Part shown: positions 1 through 12,974 of the stretch, piece by piece
How positions within the stretch are numbered: position 1 is the first letter of the stretch
Layout: the number at the start of each line of letters is the position of its first letter
NCBI RefSeq assembly: GCF_001194135.2
Contig: NC_068990.1
Coordinates: 67,150,149-67,189,559 of the forward strand
Reading direction: 5' to 3'
Source of the DNA: Octopus bimaculoides
Lineage: Eukaryota
Length of the DNA: 39,411 nucleotides
The notes under the pieces: generated by a model
What the model saw: the letters and a program-made list of their open reading frames with translations, nothing else
The model's database searches: none
What the model was told of the DNA's origin: nothing
Program-made: the position numbers and the translations under genes

Positions 1-53
<53 letters not shown>

Positions 54-190
54 AATACATATAAACACACACATATATATGTATGTATATGCGTGTGCAT
101 ATTTACATGCATTTTATGAATACATACATGCATGTATACATACATACATGTATAAATACATGCATATTTATGTATAAATTTTATATGGTG
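1..190. repeat. Compound (TA)n/(CA)n/(TACA)n microsatellite
   Basis: Directly visible simple repeats. Confidence 0.9.
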
Positions 191-927
191 GTTATTATTT
201 TAAAGCTAGTTGCAGAACAAGTTACAGATGGAATAGTACTCAAATTTAAGAGCAAGCAGAGTCAAATTTATCATAAAAGTTATGTTTTCTGCAAATAAAC
301 TACGGCTAGTTGTAAAAGTTGTCAGGTAAAACTTAAAATCACAGTCAATATGAATTTTATGATAAATATATTCATAATAAATTATTATTTACCCTCCTGT
401 TTTATTTTTACTTCACTAGTGTTTTGTTGTTTTAGTCAAGGTATGTTTCTCATAATTTCAGTGCAAGTATCATAATTTATTGGTTGTAATTCTTATTCTA
501 TATGTTATGCTTTCAGTTTTTATGTTTGTGTTTTAAAATCTAGATAAAAGTATGCGTTTATATTGTATGCTTTCTCTATTTCCAACAAAATTGCACTATA
601 TTTTTTAATATTGTTTGACAGCATTGGAGAAAATTATTCTGCCTTAAGTTGTCGAAAACATGAGCATAACTGATTGGTTGCTAATGATGGGAATTACCTA
701 GTTATATAACTGTAGTTTTCATTCTTTAATCGATGTCTCTGCTTATTGTCACTTTCTTATTTGAATTGTTTCATATAGTTGGTATAATGGTCATTCTTAT
801 TTTTTTTTATTTGCTACAGGTATAGTTATGGAAAAGAGGTTAGTCATGAGATATTACACTAAGGTGATACTGTTTCTTCTAAATACATACATAAAAGGAT
901 ATAATTATCTGACTGATTCTATCGCAT

Positions 928-1230
928 TCTCTGTCTCTCTCTCTCTCACATACACACACTCTCTCTCTCTCACACACACACACTCTCTCTCTTTCGCTCT
1001 CTCTCTCGCTCATTTTATATATATATATATATATATANNNNNNNNNNNNNNNNNNNNNNNNNNNNNNNNNNNNNNNNNNNNNNNNNNNNNNNNNNNNNNN
1101 NNNNNNNNNNNNNNNNNNNNNNNNNNNNNNNNNNNNNNNNNNNNNNNNNNNNNNNNNNNNNNNNNNNNNNNNNNNNNNNNNNNNNNNNNNNNNNNNNNNN
1201 NNNNNNNNNNNNNNNNNNNNNNNNNNNNNN

Positions 1231-1260
<30 letters not shown>
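928..1260. repeat. (CT)n/(CA)n/(TA)n microsatellite flanking a gap
   Basis: Directly visible; N run at 1038-1230. Confidence 0.9.
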
Positions 1261-1263
<3 letters not shown>

Positions 1264-2214
1264 ATTTATATTTAAAAGAATCTAAAACATTTATGTTTAC
1301 ATTTATAAAAATATGTATATATATACATATATTTATTTTTATATGTATGAATTCAAACATATGTGTAAATAAATACAAATGTGTATGTATTACATTTTGA
1401 TTAAAAAATAATAATATATAGTATGTGTGGTCAAAAAAATAAATAAAAACACGAAATCCATGGCTGGTTGTATATGTTTAAAGTATGAATAGACAATATT
1501 AGAGATGTTCATAAATGGTTTAAAATATTAATTGAAACAAACATGTAAATGAATGACTACATATTGAATACTCATATAAGGATGAAACATAAACCGAAAG
1601 AGCATTGAAAATGTTAAAATATATGCATGAATATGGAGGTGAAGATGGAAATGTCACATATGCATGAATGTATTTGTCTTATTGTATACACACACACACA
1701 CACACGCACACACACACACACACACATATATATATTTGTTTATACATGTATGTACACATATACATACATGCATATATATATATGGCTAATATAAAGTTAA
1801 AACATGATAAAATTAATTATGACTTGTAGATGAAATATAATAATGTAAAAATGTAAATAAGTAAAAAAAAAAAAACAATACAAATATATATTGAAATATT
1901 AATATGAATAAAGACTCAATGATAAATAGCATATGCATGATATGTATGTTTGACTGTGCATGCATGATTGTGCATTTTGTAACATTATTAAAGAAGAAAA
2001 TTAAATAAGACAACTGGAGACATATATACCCCTATAATTGAAATAGGAATATTGCATGAAAATAAAATCAGTCAGAGAAAATATCTGAACTGATCCAATC
2101 GGATAACAAATTTAAAATAAAAATAATAATAAAATTCTGAAACCAAAGATAGTCTTCTGGTTGTTTAAGTGACCAAACAAGAAAATGTAGTAGAAGATTA
2201 GTAGAATTACTTAC

Positions 2215-2391
2215 CAGGAATACATCTGGGAATTAAACTCCATGTTCCATTGAGACACTTGACATGTGAGGTGTCATTAAGTACGAGGCCTTCCCTGCAG
2301 CGAAAGTTGATAAATGTTTCATGGTCTACCCATGCACCTTCACGACCATGCGTCACACTTCCATTGAGAATTGAAGGTACCTGGCACTGAC
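2215..2391 (-). CDS. Internal coding exon for one complete Sushi/CCP/SCR domain; host gene not identified
   Basis: Minus strand: tgttttatttgcag|GT CAG TGC...ATT CCT G|gtaagtaa. 177 nt, phase 1-1, open frame QCQVPSILNGSVTHGREGAWVDHETFINFRCREGLVLNDTSHVKCLNGTWSLIPRCIP with the four Cys and the NG, F-x-C-x-x-G, W and P-x-C pattern of CCP modules. Not in the ORF track because it has no ATG. Confidence 0.9.
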
Positions 2392-2526
2392 CTGCAAATA
2401 AAACAGTATATATATATATAATCTTTGTATTTGTATACAGTCTTATAATATATCGTTTTTCTATAGTTCATTTATTATACTAACAGTATATTCATTAATG
2501 TTATCCCTTCTTTCAAAAGTCACTCT

Positions 2527-2637
2527 CAAGAATTTGTTTGGCCTAGGGCTATAGTAGAACTGGCCCAAAGTGGGACTGAACCTGAGACCGTATGCTTACA
2601 AAACAAGCTTCTTAATCACCTAGCCACATTTGTGCTT
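2527..2637 (-). mobile_element. tRNA-derived CORE-type SINE (family C, OR1/OR2-like), degenerate 5' head
   Basis: ggctatagtagaa...gtgggactgaacc...aagcttcttaatcacctagcc resembles the head of the copy at 38675-39111. Confidence 0.6.
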
Positions 2638-2916
2638 GTTTCTGTGAATAAAAATTAAATGTTGAACTATTCAGTTTGAGGTTCTTGTTCTCCATTATTT
2701 TGCTTAACTTGAATTGTCTAACAATCATAATACAGACTGGAATTGCAGATTTTGGAAGAAATTTCTCATGCTCTACTTCTATCACAGTTTCCTTTTATCA
2801 AATGCTCTTAGAGCATTATGATCACCAATTTTTGTTTTGGACTATTGTCATATGAATTCACCATTTTTAACTGTTATATCCTTGAACATTTTACATTATT
2901 TTCCAGAAAACATATA

Positions 2917-3116
2917 CAGTAATTCCTCAACTATTGTGGGTGTTATGTTTCAAAACCCTCTGCAATAGGTGAAAACCACTGCATATTTTTTTAATTATTT
3001 TTATAATTTGTATACATTCATTTTATTATAAATGCAAAAGAACACCATGGAGGAATCGATGTAAGCTTAAATAATAAACCACGATTGGAGAACCATGATA
3101 TGGTGAGGGATTACTG
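2917..3116. mobile_element. pogo/Tigger-like MITE
   Basis: TA|CAGTAATTCCTCA ... TGAGGGATTACTG|TA: imperfect TIRs starting CAGTA, TA target duplication, 200 bp, no ORF. Confidence 0.75.
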
Positions 3117-3289
3117 TATATTAATCTGTACCAATTCATATTTATAGATGCTGGTGATCATAGATCTAGATTCCTCTCCTCTCACATTAACAACTTTGTG
3201 GGTCAACCATTCTGTAACCAACTTGTATCACAATTATCTTTTCTTTCTCTTTCCTGGCTTTTTCTTTGAAGTTAAGTAATAGTCACTAA

Positions 3290-3660
3290 ACATTCAAGGC
3301 TTTTCTTCTCTTATGATGACTAATAAACTGAGCCTGTTATCTCGCTATGTTGTTGGGAAGCTTTCTGGTGGTTGTTGTCCATCTAAGGGCGTCAATGTCT
3401 ATCACACTATCAACATAGGCTACCTTCAGTATTCTTATAAGAAATTAATCTCTGTAGCACTGATAGGATTTCCTATTTGTTTGTTGATGTCCCAGGTCAT
3501 ACAACCATATGTAAGGGTGGATTCTATGGAGGCCTCTAGAACTATGTTCCTCACTTTGTTGAGAGGCATTTATTGGACAATATTATGAATGTTATATTGA
3601 TTTCATATCAATGATTTGGCTTTAGATACTGTCCTAATGCAATGTAGGCTCTCTTCCACC
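3290..3660 (-). pseudogene. Decayed LINE (RTE/L2-like) ORF2 C-terminal fragment
   Basis: Minus translation KVRNIVLEASIESTLTYGCMTWDINKQIGNPISATEINFL* resembles the post-RT motif L-x-YG-x-ETW...E-x-x-FLR; stops follow. Confidence 0.5.
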
Positions 3661-5220
3661 ACCACCATACCATTCATACCATCAACACCAACAATAACAA
3701 AACCAAGATGAACAAATTATAGAACTTCTATATAACTGCTGAACCTGCCAGAAAGAACAGTTGAGTTTCCCTCACACCACACCCCAAAATCTTAAACAAA
3801 AATGAACAGCTCATTAGATATGCTATGTCTGTAAAGAATAACATGTAATAATCATGCTGGAGCATCTTTGATCACAGGTCTATTTTAATAGAGCTGACCT
3901 TGGACTAAACAACAACAAAAATGATGAAGATGACAATACATTTCTCCAAAATTTTTCACTATTTTCATTCTATTTGTAAAAGGGAAATCTTTTCCTGAAA
4001 TATTATAGAATCATCAAATAGACTATGTAGGGTAATACAGTATCTTGCCACTTTTCTTTTATTGACATCATCTTATTTTGCTTGACTTCTCTTGGAATTT
4101 TTTTTTTTTTTTTGTAGTTTCAGCTCAGAGCTGTGGCCATGCTGATGCATCACCGTTAAATTGTTCAAAAGTTTTTTTGCAAACATTTATCACATAATGT
4201 ATTCAAAAGTTTTTGGTTAAAACTTGCCTAATTGTAGTTTTTCTGACAATATATTCTTTTAAAATGGTAACTTTTAACCTTAAAATTTCTATTAAGCACA
4301 CCATTATGTTCAACTTTTCCACTGCACAGATGTAAGTGTTATCCATGAACCTAAAAGCAATTACATTACTTGTTTTTAATCAAAATTAAGAAAAACTCAG
4401 TCAATATCCTCAGCTAGAGAAGAAAGCAAAAGTGTCAGATGTGTATAAAAGATTTTGTTAACATGATGTAAATTGTTTTGAATCATGAGTGAGTGTTGGG
4501 ATGAAATCGAGAAGTCATTTTAATATATAAATCACCAAAGAGATAACATTATAGATTCATAATTGAGTTTTGCTGTGTAATCAATGTACCTTCATACAAT
4601 GTGTAATACTTGTTGTTACTGATGGCTTTGAATAATGTTTTTTCATAGGGTTACTACATCTGGATGGGAAAATTATAGCATTTTAAGAAATATCGATAGT
4701 GAATTGATGAATTTTTGTTGTTAATTAAGGAGTAAATTATTATTCTGTGAACGAATAGTGCATTCAATCACTGACATCGTTTGTGTTTCCTGGAAACAAG
4801 ATATCGGAGTTTAAAAAAAAAATATAAAGCCTTTGTAAATATGTTATAATGTTTAGTTTCAACTAATATGTTCGTATGAGGAAAGAAAAAGTAAAGAGGC
4901 AGTGTTTTTATAATAAACTTGAAGATGGTTTAATTTGTACTCTGAGTTGTGTGACCCCTCTAGCCCCAGCTCATATATATTAACAAAAATAATTTTCTTT
5001 GTGTACATCACTGTTCATTTTGTGAATGTTTTCATATATGCTTCTCGTCCACTGAATATGATTTTCCTCATAGAGTTTATCAACCCAGTAAAGTCCCTTG
5101 TAGTTAATACTTAATTATTATAAAACATTCTTGAATGATCATTGTGTATATACAGTTTCCCCAGTCAAACTAAGTTTGCCTAAATTTAATACGGGACTAT
5201 TTTGTTGTGTCTCATCATGG

Positions 5221-5465
5221 TCATCATATTTAATATCCACTTTTCTATGATTGAATAGGTCAAACCAAGTTTGTTTAGGCTCATTTTCTATTGCTGGATG
5301 TCCTTCCTGTCACCAACCTGTACCTATTTCCAGTTAAGTTACTATTTCTCATGGCCAGACATATTTTTCATGGAAGATTGGAAACGAGCAACTTTTCTTG
5401 TATGATGGTGACACTCATTTACATTCATCACATAAAGTCAAGGCATTATACAAAAGTCAAGACAT
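5221..5465 (-). mobile_element. RTE-tailed short element, family B
   Basis: atccacttttc...gtccttcctgtcaccaacc...ccatggccagac...gtgacactcatttac matches 19765-20010 and the reverse complement of 18105-18365. Confidence 0.65.
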
Positions 5466-5472
5466 TATACAA

Positions 5473-5625
5473 AATGAGCTTCCACACAGCTTCCATGTGC
5501 CAAATTTACTCACAAAGCTTTCATAGCTTGGAGCTGCAGTAGAAAATACTTCCTCAAGGTGCCAAGCAGCAGGGCTAAACCCTAAAACCACTTGGTTGCA
5601 AAGAGAGCTTCTTAAACATGTACTC
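5473..5625 (-). mobile_element. SINE family C, degenerate 5' half
   Basis: cttccatgtgccaaatttactcacaaagc...cagtagaaaatacttcctcaaggtgcca resembles the head of 38675-39111. Confidence 0.55.
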
Positions 5626-6112
5626 AACACTGATGTGTTATTACAAATGACCATTATGTAATGTATAGGGTGTGTTTTAGCCATTTGTTTTTATTTGGAG
5701 TTTAGCAGAGCATGTTTCAGGGCAAATAAACATCAACACTTATTACTGGTAGTCAGGTGTAGGAAGAAACAGTTTGTAAATTATAAAATTATGAAGTTAT
5801 TATAACATGAATTGATAAAAAATAATGTGTAGTTTTATGGAAAATTACGTAAGAATGTTCAAAAATGTGTAAAAGGTAAAACTGGTCAATTTATATGACA
5901 ATATTCCAAAGCAAAAATTGGTGGTCATAATGCTCTAGCAGCATTTGAAAAAAAAAAAGGAAATAGCAGAAAATGAGCATAAGAAACTTTTCCAAAATCT
6001 ACAATTCCAGTCTGTATTATACACAAATCGAATTAAGCAAAATAATGTCAAACAAGAACATCAAACTGAAAATTTCAGTGATTAATTTTTATTCACAGAA
6101 ACAAACATAAAT

Positions 6113-6480
6113 GTGATGGTGTCATTGGAAAGATTGCTTCCTGACCATGTGGTCTCAAGTTCAGTCCCACTGTTTGGCACTTTGGGCAACTTCTAACTAT
6201 AGCCCTAGGTCGACCAAATCCTTGAGAGTGGATTTGATTGACAAACTGAAAGGATTTCATCTTTTGTGTTTGTGTTTTACCCCTACCACGCTTCACAATT
6301 AATATTAGTTTGTTTTCATTCCCATAATTTAGTGGTTTGGCAAAAATGACTGATAGAATAAGTACCAAACTTTAAAAAAAGTACTAGGATCAATTTGTTT
6401 TACTAAAAAGAAAAACCTTGTCAGTGATGCCCCAGCATGGTCACAGTTCAATGATTAGAATGCATAAGATATAAAAGAAA
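6113..6480 (+). mobile_element. SINE family C, near full length and diverged
   Basis: B-box-like agttcagtccc, CORE-like gcactttgggcaa, then gagtggatttg, gactgatagaataagtac and ccagcatggtcacag, the same order as the other copies. Confidence 0.75.
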
Positions 6481-9400
6481 AGGATTCTATCTTGTTTAAA
6501 TTTTTCAAGTTTGTTAGGAATAGAAATAATTGATTAAAAAATCATAATGACAAACAAGCAAATTAATTAACTAACTAATCTGATTGGTTAAAAACACTTT
6601 TTCTTTTACTGAAAAAAAAAAAAAAATTGCTCTTTTACTGAAAAAAAAAAAAATTGCTAAGTACTCAGTTTAGACTAACTCAAGAGTATAAAACATTTTG
6701 CGTCTATGAGTATGATATTTTCATTAAATTCTTGCCCCACACCTGATTGCCACATTCTGTGAAATGTCATAGGTTAAAAGCTTAGAGAAATTATAACATC
6801 CCCAATAAAATATGACTGCCAGTCAATTTAATGTTTGTTGAAACAAGTCAATTATGGAAAGTAATAGAAAGCATAAGATGCCAAAATAATTCGTCAATGC
6901 GGAAACCATTTTCGGAATCAACTTGTTATTTGAAGTTGTGCTTGAAATATTTTAAAAAGTAGATGTTCGTTAATATCTTGAGGAAATTCAAAAGACAATA
7001 AAGTGAAAATGTTTTCACGATAAAAATCACTATTATTCTGTGTTATGGGTTAAATAAGTGGGTTTAGCTATATTTTTAATTAAATTTATTATAGCAAGCT
7101 TCTGAAACTTGATCAATAATGCAGACTTTAAAATCCGAACACTAAATTTTATCTGTGTACAGCTGCTGCTAACAGAAGCACATGAGCTGCAGATAAAGCT
7201 GAAATTTTTAGTAGCTAGTCACATAGTAGAAGCCTACAGTTAAATAACTTAAACACCATCTAGGTTGGATTTGTCTTTCATTCTAATGTAATTTACAAAA
7301 TAAGTTCCAAGTTTATTCAAAAAATAAAAATAGAGAAGGATGATTTATGTCTAAAACTACCATAGGGATGGACTACGTTTTGTATTCTTTAATTTTCTTT
7401 AAAGCTTTTATTGGTTTCTGATATTGCATTGTGTCCATGCTGGGGCAATACTTTTACTAGTTTAGTTGAACTTATTGTTTCCATTACTTATTCCAGTGAT
7501 CTATTATTTGTTGAGTCACTTAGTCAGAGGGTATAAAGAAACTTGACATAAGCACACCAGTTAAATATGACTAGTGTAAATATAAACGCTAATGCAGAAA
7601 TCCCCCCCCAAAAAAAAAAATGAATGTGTACTCAAGTAAAGAACGATGAGTAAACCTTCACTTTGAAGTTAAATTACAGAAATTTGACATAAAAACAAAC
7701 ATTAATTATAATTAGCTCTGCTCCAATGTCAGTGCTTTTCTAACATTGATTGTAAACAAAATGCAGCAACACTCTATACATTGCTTCATGAAGAATATAC
7801 TGATACCTATAAAGACAGATTAAACATTACCTGAAAATAGTATTGCAAAAACTCCATAAGTTTCAACAGACAATGACTAAATTTTTCCTCTACAAAAAAC
7901 AAAAGACTGAAGATTACACTAACAAATATGGATTACCTGCCTCCCCACCCCAAAATAAATAAAAGCAACCTTCCAATGATTATATAAATCTAATGATTAT
8001 CCATATACAAAAGTGAAAGATATAATTGTATTTATGATTATCCATACATGAAAATAAGAATAATAATATTATATTAGCATGATAATATTTAATGTTGTTG
8101 TATTCTTAAAGAAGACGTAACCCCTTGTGGAAAGGTGAACATTTTAAAGTCACTAGAGATGCAATAATTTCTGTATAAAAACCTGCCAATCTAGCCATGA
8201 CACACATACATTCTTACATACACACGCATGCACACTTGCACATCCATACAAACACATTCTTACATACACACTTACCCCCCACCACACACACACACATACA
8301 TCTTCTTTTTCCTCTTTTGTTTTACTTTTATTTTTTTCTCTCAAGATTAATGTGCACAGTACACTATACAAGCCTGTATGATTACTGTTGTATTTAAGCA
8401 TGAAATTTGAAGTAGCTCCCATATAACTCCTGTATTCATAAATATTTAACCTTGGCTGAATCAAGTACATTTTGCTGAACACCGGTTACAAGACTATGCT
8501 TCGAATGACCAACTATAAACACCATTGGAACTCACACACAAGGTACAGGAAACGTATATATACATCATTCTGCTTAAATAATGGAACTGCAAATACAATA
8601 TCCTTATGTATCTCACACCTGTTTTCATTCCTCCACTTCACTCTGTATTTCATATCTTCTCTATAATAATTATTACTTAAACATTTCTGACACCATCTCT
8701 GATGAAGGGATATATAAAATATCCTGGAAACAGCTGTAAGATCTCTTTATGAATGTTCTGAAAACTATTCACAATCTTGGATTTTTTTATCTCGTTCTGT
8801 TAATTTTTTATATATATGCTAATACATGACCTACGTTGGACTCCTCATTCACATTATTATCAAACTTGGAGCTTAACTATAGCCTGTCCATAGCACTTAC
8901 TCAGCATTACATGACTCCTTTGGGTCTTTTTGACACCAGTACCTCTCATACCCTATATATATATATATATNNNNNNNNNNNNNNNNNNNNNNNNNNNNNN
9001 NNNNNNNNNNNNNNNNNNNNNNNNNNNNNNNNNNNNNNNNNNNNNNNNNNNNNNNNNNNNNNNNNNNNNNNNNNNNNNNNNNNNNNNNNNNNNNNNNNNN
9101 NNNNNNNNNNNNNNNNNNNNNNNNNNNNNNNNNNNNNNNNNNNNNNNNNNNNNNNNNNNNNNNNNNNNNNNNNNNNNNNNNNNNNNNNNNNNNNNNNNNN
9201 NNNNNNNNNNNNNNNNNNNNNNNNNNNNNNNNNNNNNNNNNNNNNNNNNNNNNNNNNNNNNNNNNNNNNNNNNNNNNNNNNNNNNNNNNNNNNNNNNNNN
9301 NNNNNNNNNNNNNNNNNNNNNNNNNNNNNNNNNNNNNNNNNNNNNNNNNNNNNNNNNNNNNNNNNNNNNNNNNNNNNNNNNNNNNNNNNNNNNAAAATTT

Positions 9401-10810
9401 TTGCTTTTTTAATTATTTTAACGCTAATTATAGTTATAGGTTTCATTATGAATTCATGGGGCTGGCCATTGGTTATTAAAACCATCTTAACAGAGGAATT
9501 ACATGTTTTGCTTTTCTGGTTTGAAAGGATCATCTCCAAATGATACTTTGTAATTACCTGAAGGAAACTGAATGTTTCTTAAATGAAATGGTATTACCCC
9601 CCCCCCCCAAAAAAAAACAGAACAAAAGAACAAAAAGAATATGAATTCATTACTGAATTTAAAGAATTAAAATTGCATAGCATTGCCTTGAATCATGTAT
9701 GTAGTCCAGTTTTATCTAATGAGAGATAGAGATATTTTTTAAAAAAAGGAATGGATTTACAGACAAAAAACACAAAATACAAAGATGAAAGGTTCCTAGA
9801 GATGTACACTAATGATGCAGCCTATTTTTTTTAGCCCCTTTTTCTATTTCAATCAACAATCACCTCAAAGTTAATGCCACCCAACAACTTATATGTGATA
9901 TCTCTTAGTTGCTTCTCCCAATCCAACCATGGTCTCCACTCCACTGTAACTATAACTATTGGATTTCCTCCCTTTAGTAGGAGCACAACCCTTCTCAAAT
10001 GCTAGATACATTTAATGTAATGATGTAAATATTTTATTATATTTCATTTTATTTCACTTCCTTTTATTCCATTTCATACATACATACATACATATGTATA
10101 TATACACACATACAGACTTACACGTGTACATATGCATGTGTGTGTAAATGTGTGTGTGTGTCTGTGTATAGATATCTATATGTAAAGGATACATACCAAA
10201 CTCTAAATATATATAAGGTGTCCATAAACGTCATTTATACTTTAACGTTGCAATCCTTTATCATGCTTTATGATAAGTCCTGCTGTCAGTTATGTGCGAT
10301 ACTAGATAACTTGATAACAAGTGTGGAAAAATTGACAGAGTTAAAAGTCCTTGCATTACTCTACAATCTGATATAAGATGTCTATGTCTCATACAGCTGT
10401 GATATGAGAATGCGAACATCTATATTTCAGGCTTGCCTTTTACATATCGTATCTCTCCCACTTCCACACCCTTCAAATTTCACTCATCAGTAGTAATCAG
10501 TCTAACATAGTAACATGGCTGCCTCAAAGGAATTGAAAACAATTCACCTTTATTTTGTTCGGAAAGAAAAACAAACTGCTATTTTTTATTTTAAATATAT
10601 TTGTGTGTTGTAAATTTACTATGTATAACAGAAAAAATTATCATGTCAACTATAAGTGCTTCGGTTGTTTACTATGATTGATAACCTAAATACCTATGGC
10701 CTTAAAGTTCAATATGTATGTTTATAGGAATTATGGTACAGCAGAAGATAAACCTCTAGCTCTAAAATGATATGATTATGTGCAAAGTCTTCTTTTAGAG
10801 TAAAAACAAA

Positions 10811-11036
10811 GCACTTTTGTTATCATGTTTCTGTTAAAATATGCTGCATCTGTTTCAATTAATTTTGAAAATAATGAAGAATTTATTGGAATAACTCTGT
10901 TATTATTAAACAGATTTTTGGAATATAAATTAACCTGATACTTTGATGGAAAATTTTAATAGAAGTCACTCTGAAACAGGGTATTTGTGCCATAGAAACA
11001 AGGGTGGTTTGGAGTGAGTGGTATCAAAATGGTTAA
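10811..11036 (+). mobile_element. TTAA-ended (piggyBac-like) MITE, left TIR decayed
   Basis: Ends ggtatcaaaatggTTAA; internal tgtttcaattaattttgaaaataatgaagaattt matches the reverse complement of 11675-11937. Strand is relative only. Confidence 0.5.
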
Positions 11037-11073
11037 ACAGAAGTTTTACTGGAGCCTGATTGACAGTGTGATT

Positions 11074-11133
11074 TGTTCCATTTGCCAAAAAGTTAAGGCA
11101 TCAGCAGGGCTCAAGAGACACACTAGTGTCCAT
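11074..11133 (+). pseudogene. Isolated C2H2 zinc-finger relic, probably a LINE ORF2 C-terminus
   Basis: CSICQKVKASAGLKRHTSVH (C-x2-C-x11-H-x3-H) followed by a stop at about 11160; no flanking splice sites recognised. Confidence 0.35.
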
Positions 11134-11475
11134 AGAACATTGATTACTGCTTTATTTTCGTGAACCCTCATTTGTCATTCATGATGAGAGAATCCATCAT
11201 ACATATATATGTGTATGTGTCTAACAGAGAAGCAAAATACGAAAAGAAACAAAAAATTATATTGTAAAAGTTAGTAAAGATTTATCAATTTACCCCAATT
11301 CAAAGAAGCTAGGAAGAATCAAGATAGCCGATAAAGTTATCACTACGTGTCAAAATTGTCAGGAATTGAAACTTTGACATAAATGATGGACAAGAGGACA
11401 ATTAGTAAATTGACAAATTTAACAAGTGTGACAAAATAATGAAAAAATTATGTTCGTTAGTAATCCATTTGGAAT

Positions 11476-11670
11476 GGCAGTGGAATGGAAGATTGTTAGA
11501 GTATCAAACAAAATGCCTTATGGTATTTGTTCCTGCTCTTCTCAAATATCTATGAGGTCAGCTTCATCTTTTATCCTGTCTAGGAATGGATAAAATAAAG
11601 TAACACCCAAGTATTGGGGTTGAGGGTATCTCTTTCTCAATTGCTGGCCTTGTTCCTAAATTGAAAACAA
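11476..11670 (+). mobile_element. tRNA-derived SINE family M (Meta/MESC-like central domain), old copy
   Basis: Colinear with the reverse complement of 35058-35281: head ggcag..gattgttag..aaatgcctt..ggtattt, centre ttcatcttttatcc..gataaaata, tail gctggccttgttcctaaattgaaa. Confidence 0.55.
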
Positions 11671-11674
11671 TCTC

Positions 11675-11937
11675 TAATTCTTTTGACACCAACATTTTTC
11701 TGAAAGTCTCTGACTCTATGATGCACCACTTCTCATTTTAAAGTGTTCATATTTAAATTAAAACCTTCCATCATCAATCTATGTTACAACCTTTTGTTAA
11801 ATTATGTTCCAAAACACCAGCTTATTAATGAAAAAGTTATTCATTTTCCTAAATCTTTTAAAATTTCTGATTACTTCCAAATTAATTGAAACACATATGC
11901 TGTGTATTTCATCAGAAATATGGTCACGAAAGGGTTA
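11675..11937 (-). mobile_element. TTAA-ended MITE, same family as 10811-11036, opposite orientation
   Basis: Ends cttttgacacc and gtcacgaaagggtta; internal match to 10811-11036 as reverse complement. Confidence 0.55.
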
Positions 11938-12750
11938 GAACCATGACAGGAATGACAAATTAGCATGCTTATAATCATGACAAAAGAATAGTAAACTGAT
12001 AATATCAATTCAATCCAGTAATAATCCAGAGGTCTGCATCAGTGTATGGTTATAAAATATCCAAAAGAAAGTTTAAAAAAAAAAAAAAAAAAAAAAAAAG
12101 GTTCTGCTTTGTTGTGTTTTTGTTCCTGAAAATTGTGGGATAGAGAATTGAACCGACAATCTAATAAGCACAACAAAACCAATGAAATTCTATTGTCCAT
12201 GAGTAAAATAGAAAAATCTCAGCATAATTTTTTAAAGACATTTCTAAAGAAAATTATAAAATGACAGATTTGAAAAAAAAAAAAAGCTACAACAATGGTA
12301 AAGATGTGAAAATTAAAGCAAAGAAGAAAAAAACTTAAAGAAAANNNNNNNNNNNNNNNNNNNNNNNNNNNNNNNNNNNNNNNNNNNNNNNNNNNNNNNN
12401 NNNNNNNNNNNNNNNNNNNNNNNNNNNNNNNNNNNNNNNNNNNNNNNNNNNNNNNNNNNNNNNNNNNNNNNNNNNNNNNNNNNNNNNNNNNNNNNNNNNN
12501 NNNNNNNNNNNNNNNNNNNNNNNNNNNNNNNNNNNNNNNNNNNNNNNNNNNNNNNNNNNNNNNNNNNNNNNNNNNNNNNNNNNNNNNNNNNNNNNNNNNN
12601 NNNNNNNNNNNNNNNNNNNNNNNNNNNNNNNNNNNNNNNNNNNNNNNNNNNNNNNNNNNNNNNNNNNNNNNNNNNNNNNNNNNNNNNNNNNNNNNNNNNN
12701 NNNNNNNNNNNNNNNNNNNNNNNNNNNNNNNNNNNNNNNNNNNNNNNNNN

Positions 12751-12794
<44 letters not shown>

Positions 12795-12854
12795 CACACG
12801 TGTGAGTGTGTATATATACATGTATATATAATACATACACAAGCACACAGTCCA

Positions 12855-12950
12855 TCCTGTGTAGCTACTTCTATTACAGTTGTGGACCAGCTAAAAGCCT
12901 TGTGAGTGGATTTGGTATACAAGAAGTGAAAGAAGAATATATGTAAGTTC
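12855..12950 (+). mobile_element. SINE family C fragment
   Basis: aaagccttgtgagtggatttggtatacagaagtgaaagaag is the family C signature. Confidence 0.6.
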
Positions 12951-12974
12951 CTTTGTATATGTTTATAATTACGT

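Noticed and set aside
820-838. Plus-strand 19-nt micro-exon (tttgctacag|...GAG|gttagt)
   Set aside because: Not a multiple of 3, opposite strand to the only firm exon, and no partner exon found.
828-1400. Long ORFs spanning N runs or microsatellites (also 8836-9543, 12219-13081, 15673-16860, 27069-27660, 31114-31948, 35478-35895)
   Set aside because: They are open only because of Ns or dinucleotide repeats (poly-YI, CV, HT); no protein signal.
9394-9557. Minus-strand exon after the acceptor-like tttccttcag at 9557 (KMVLITNGQP vaguely vWA-like)
   Set aside because: Phase 1 hits a stop after 18 codons; phase 0 is open but has no convincing donor or domain pattern and runs into a gap.
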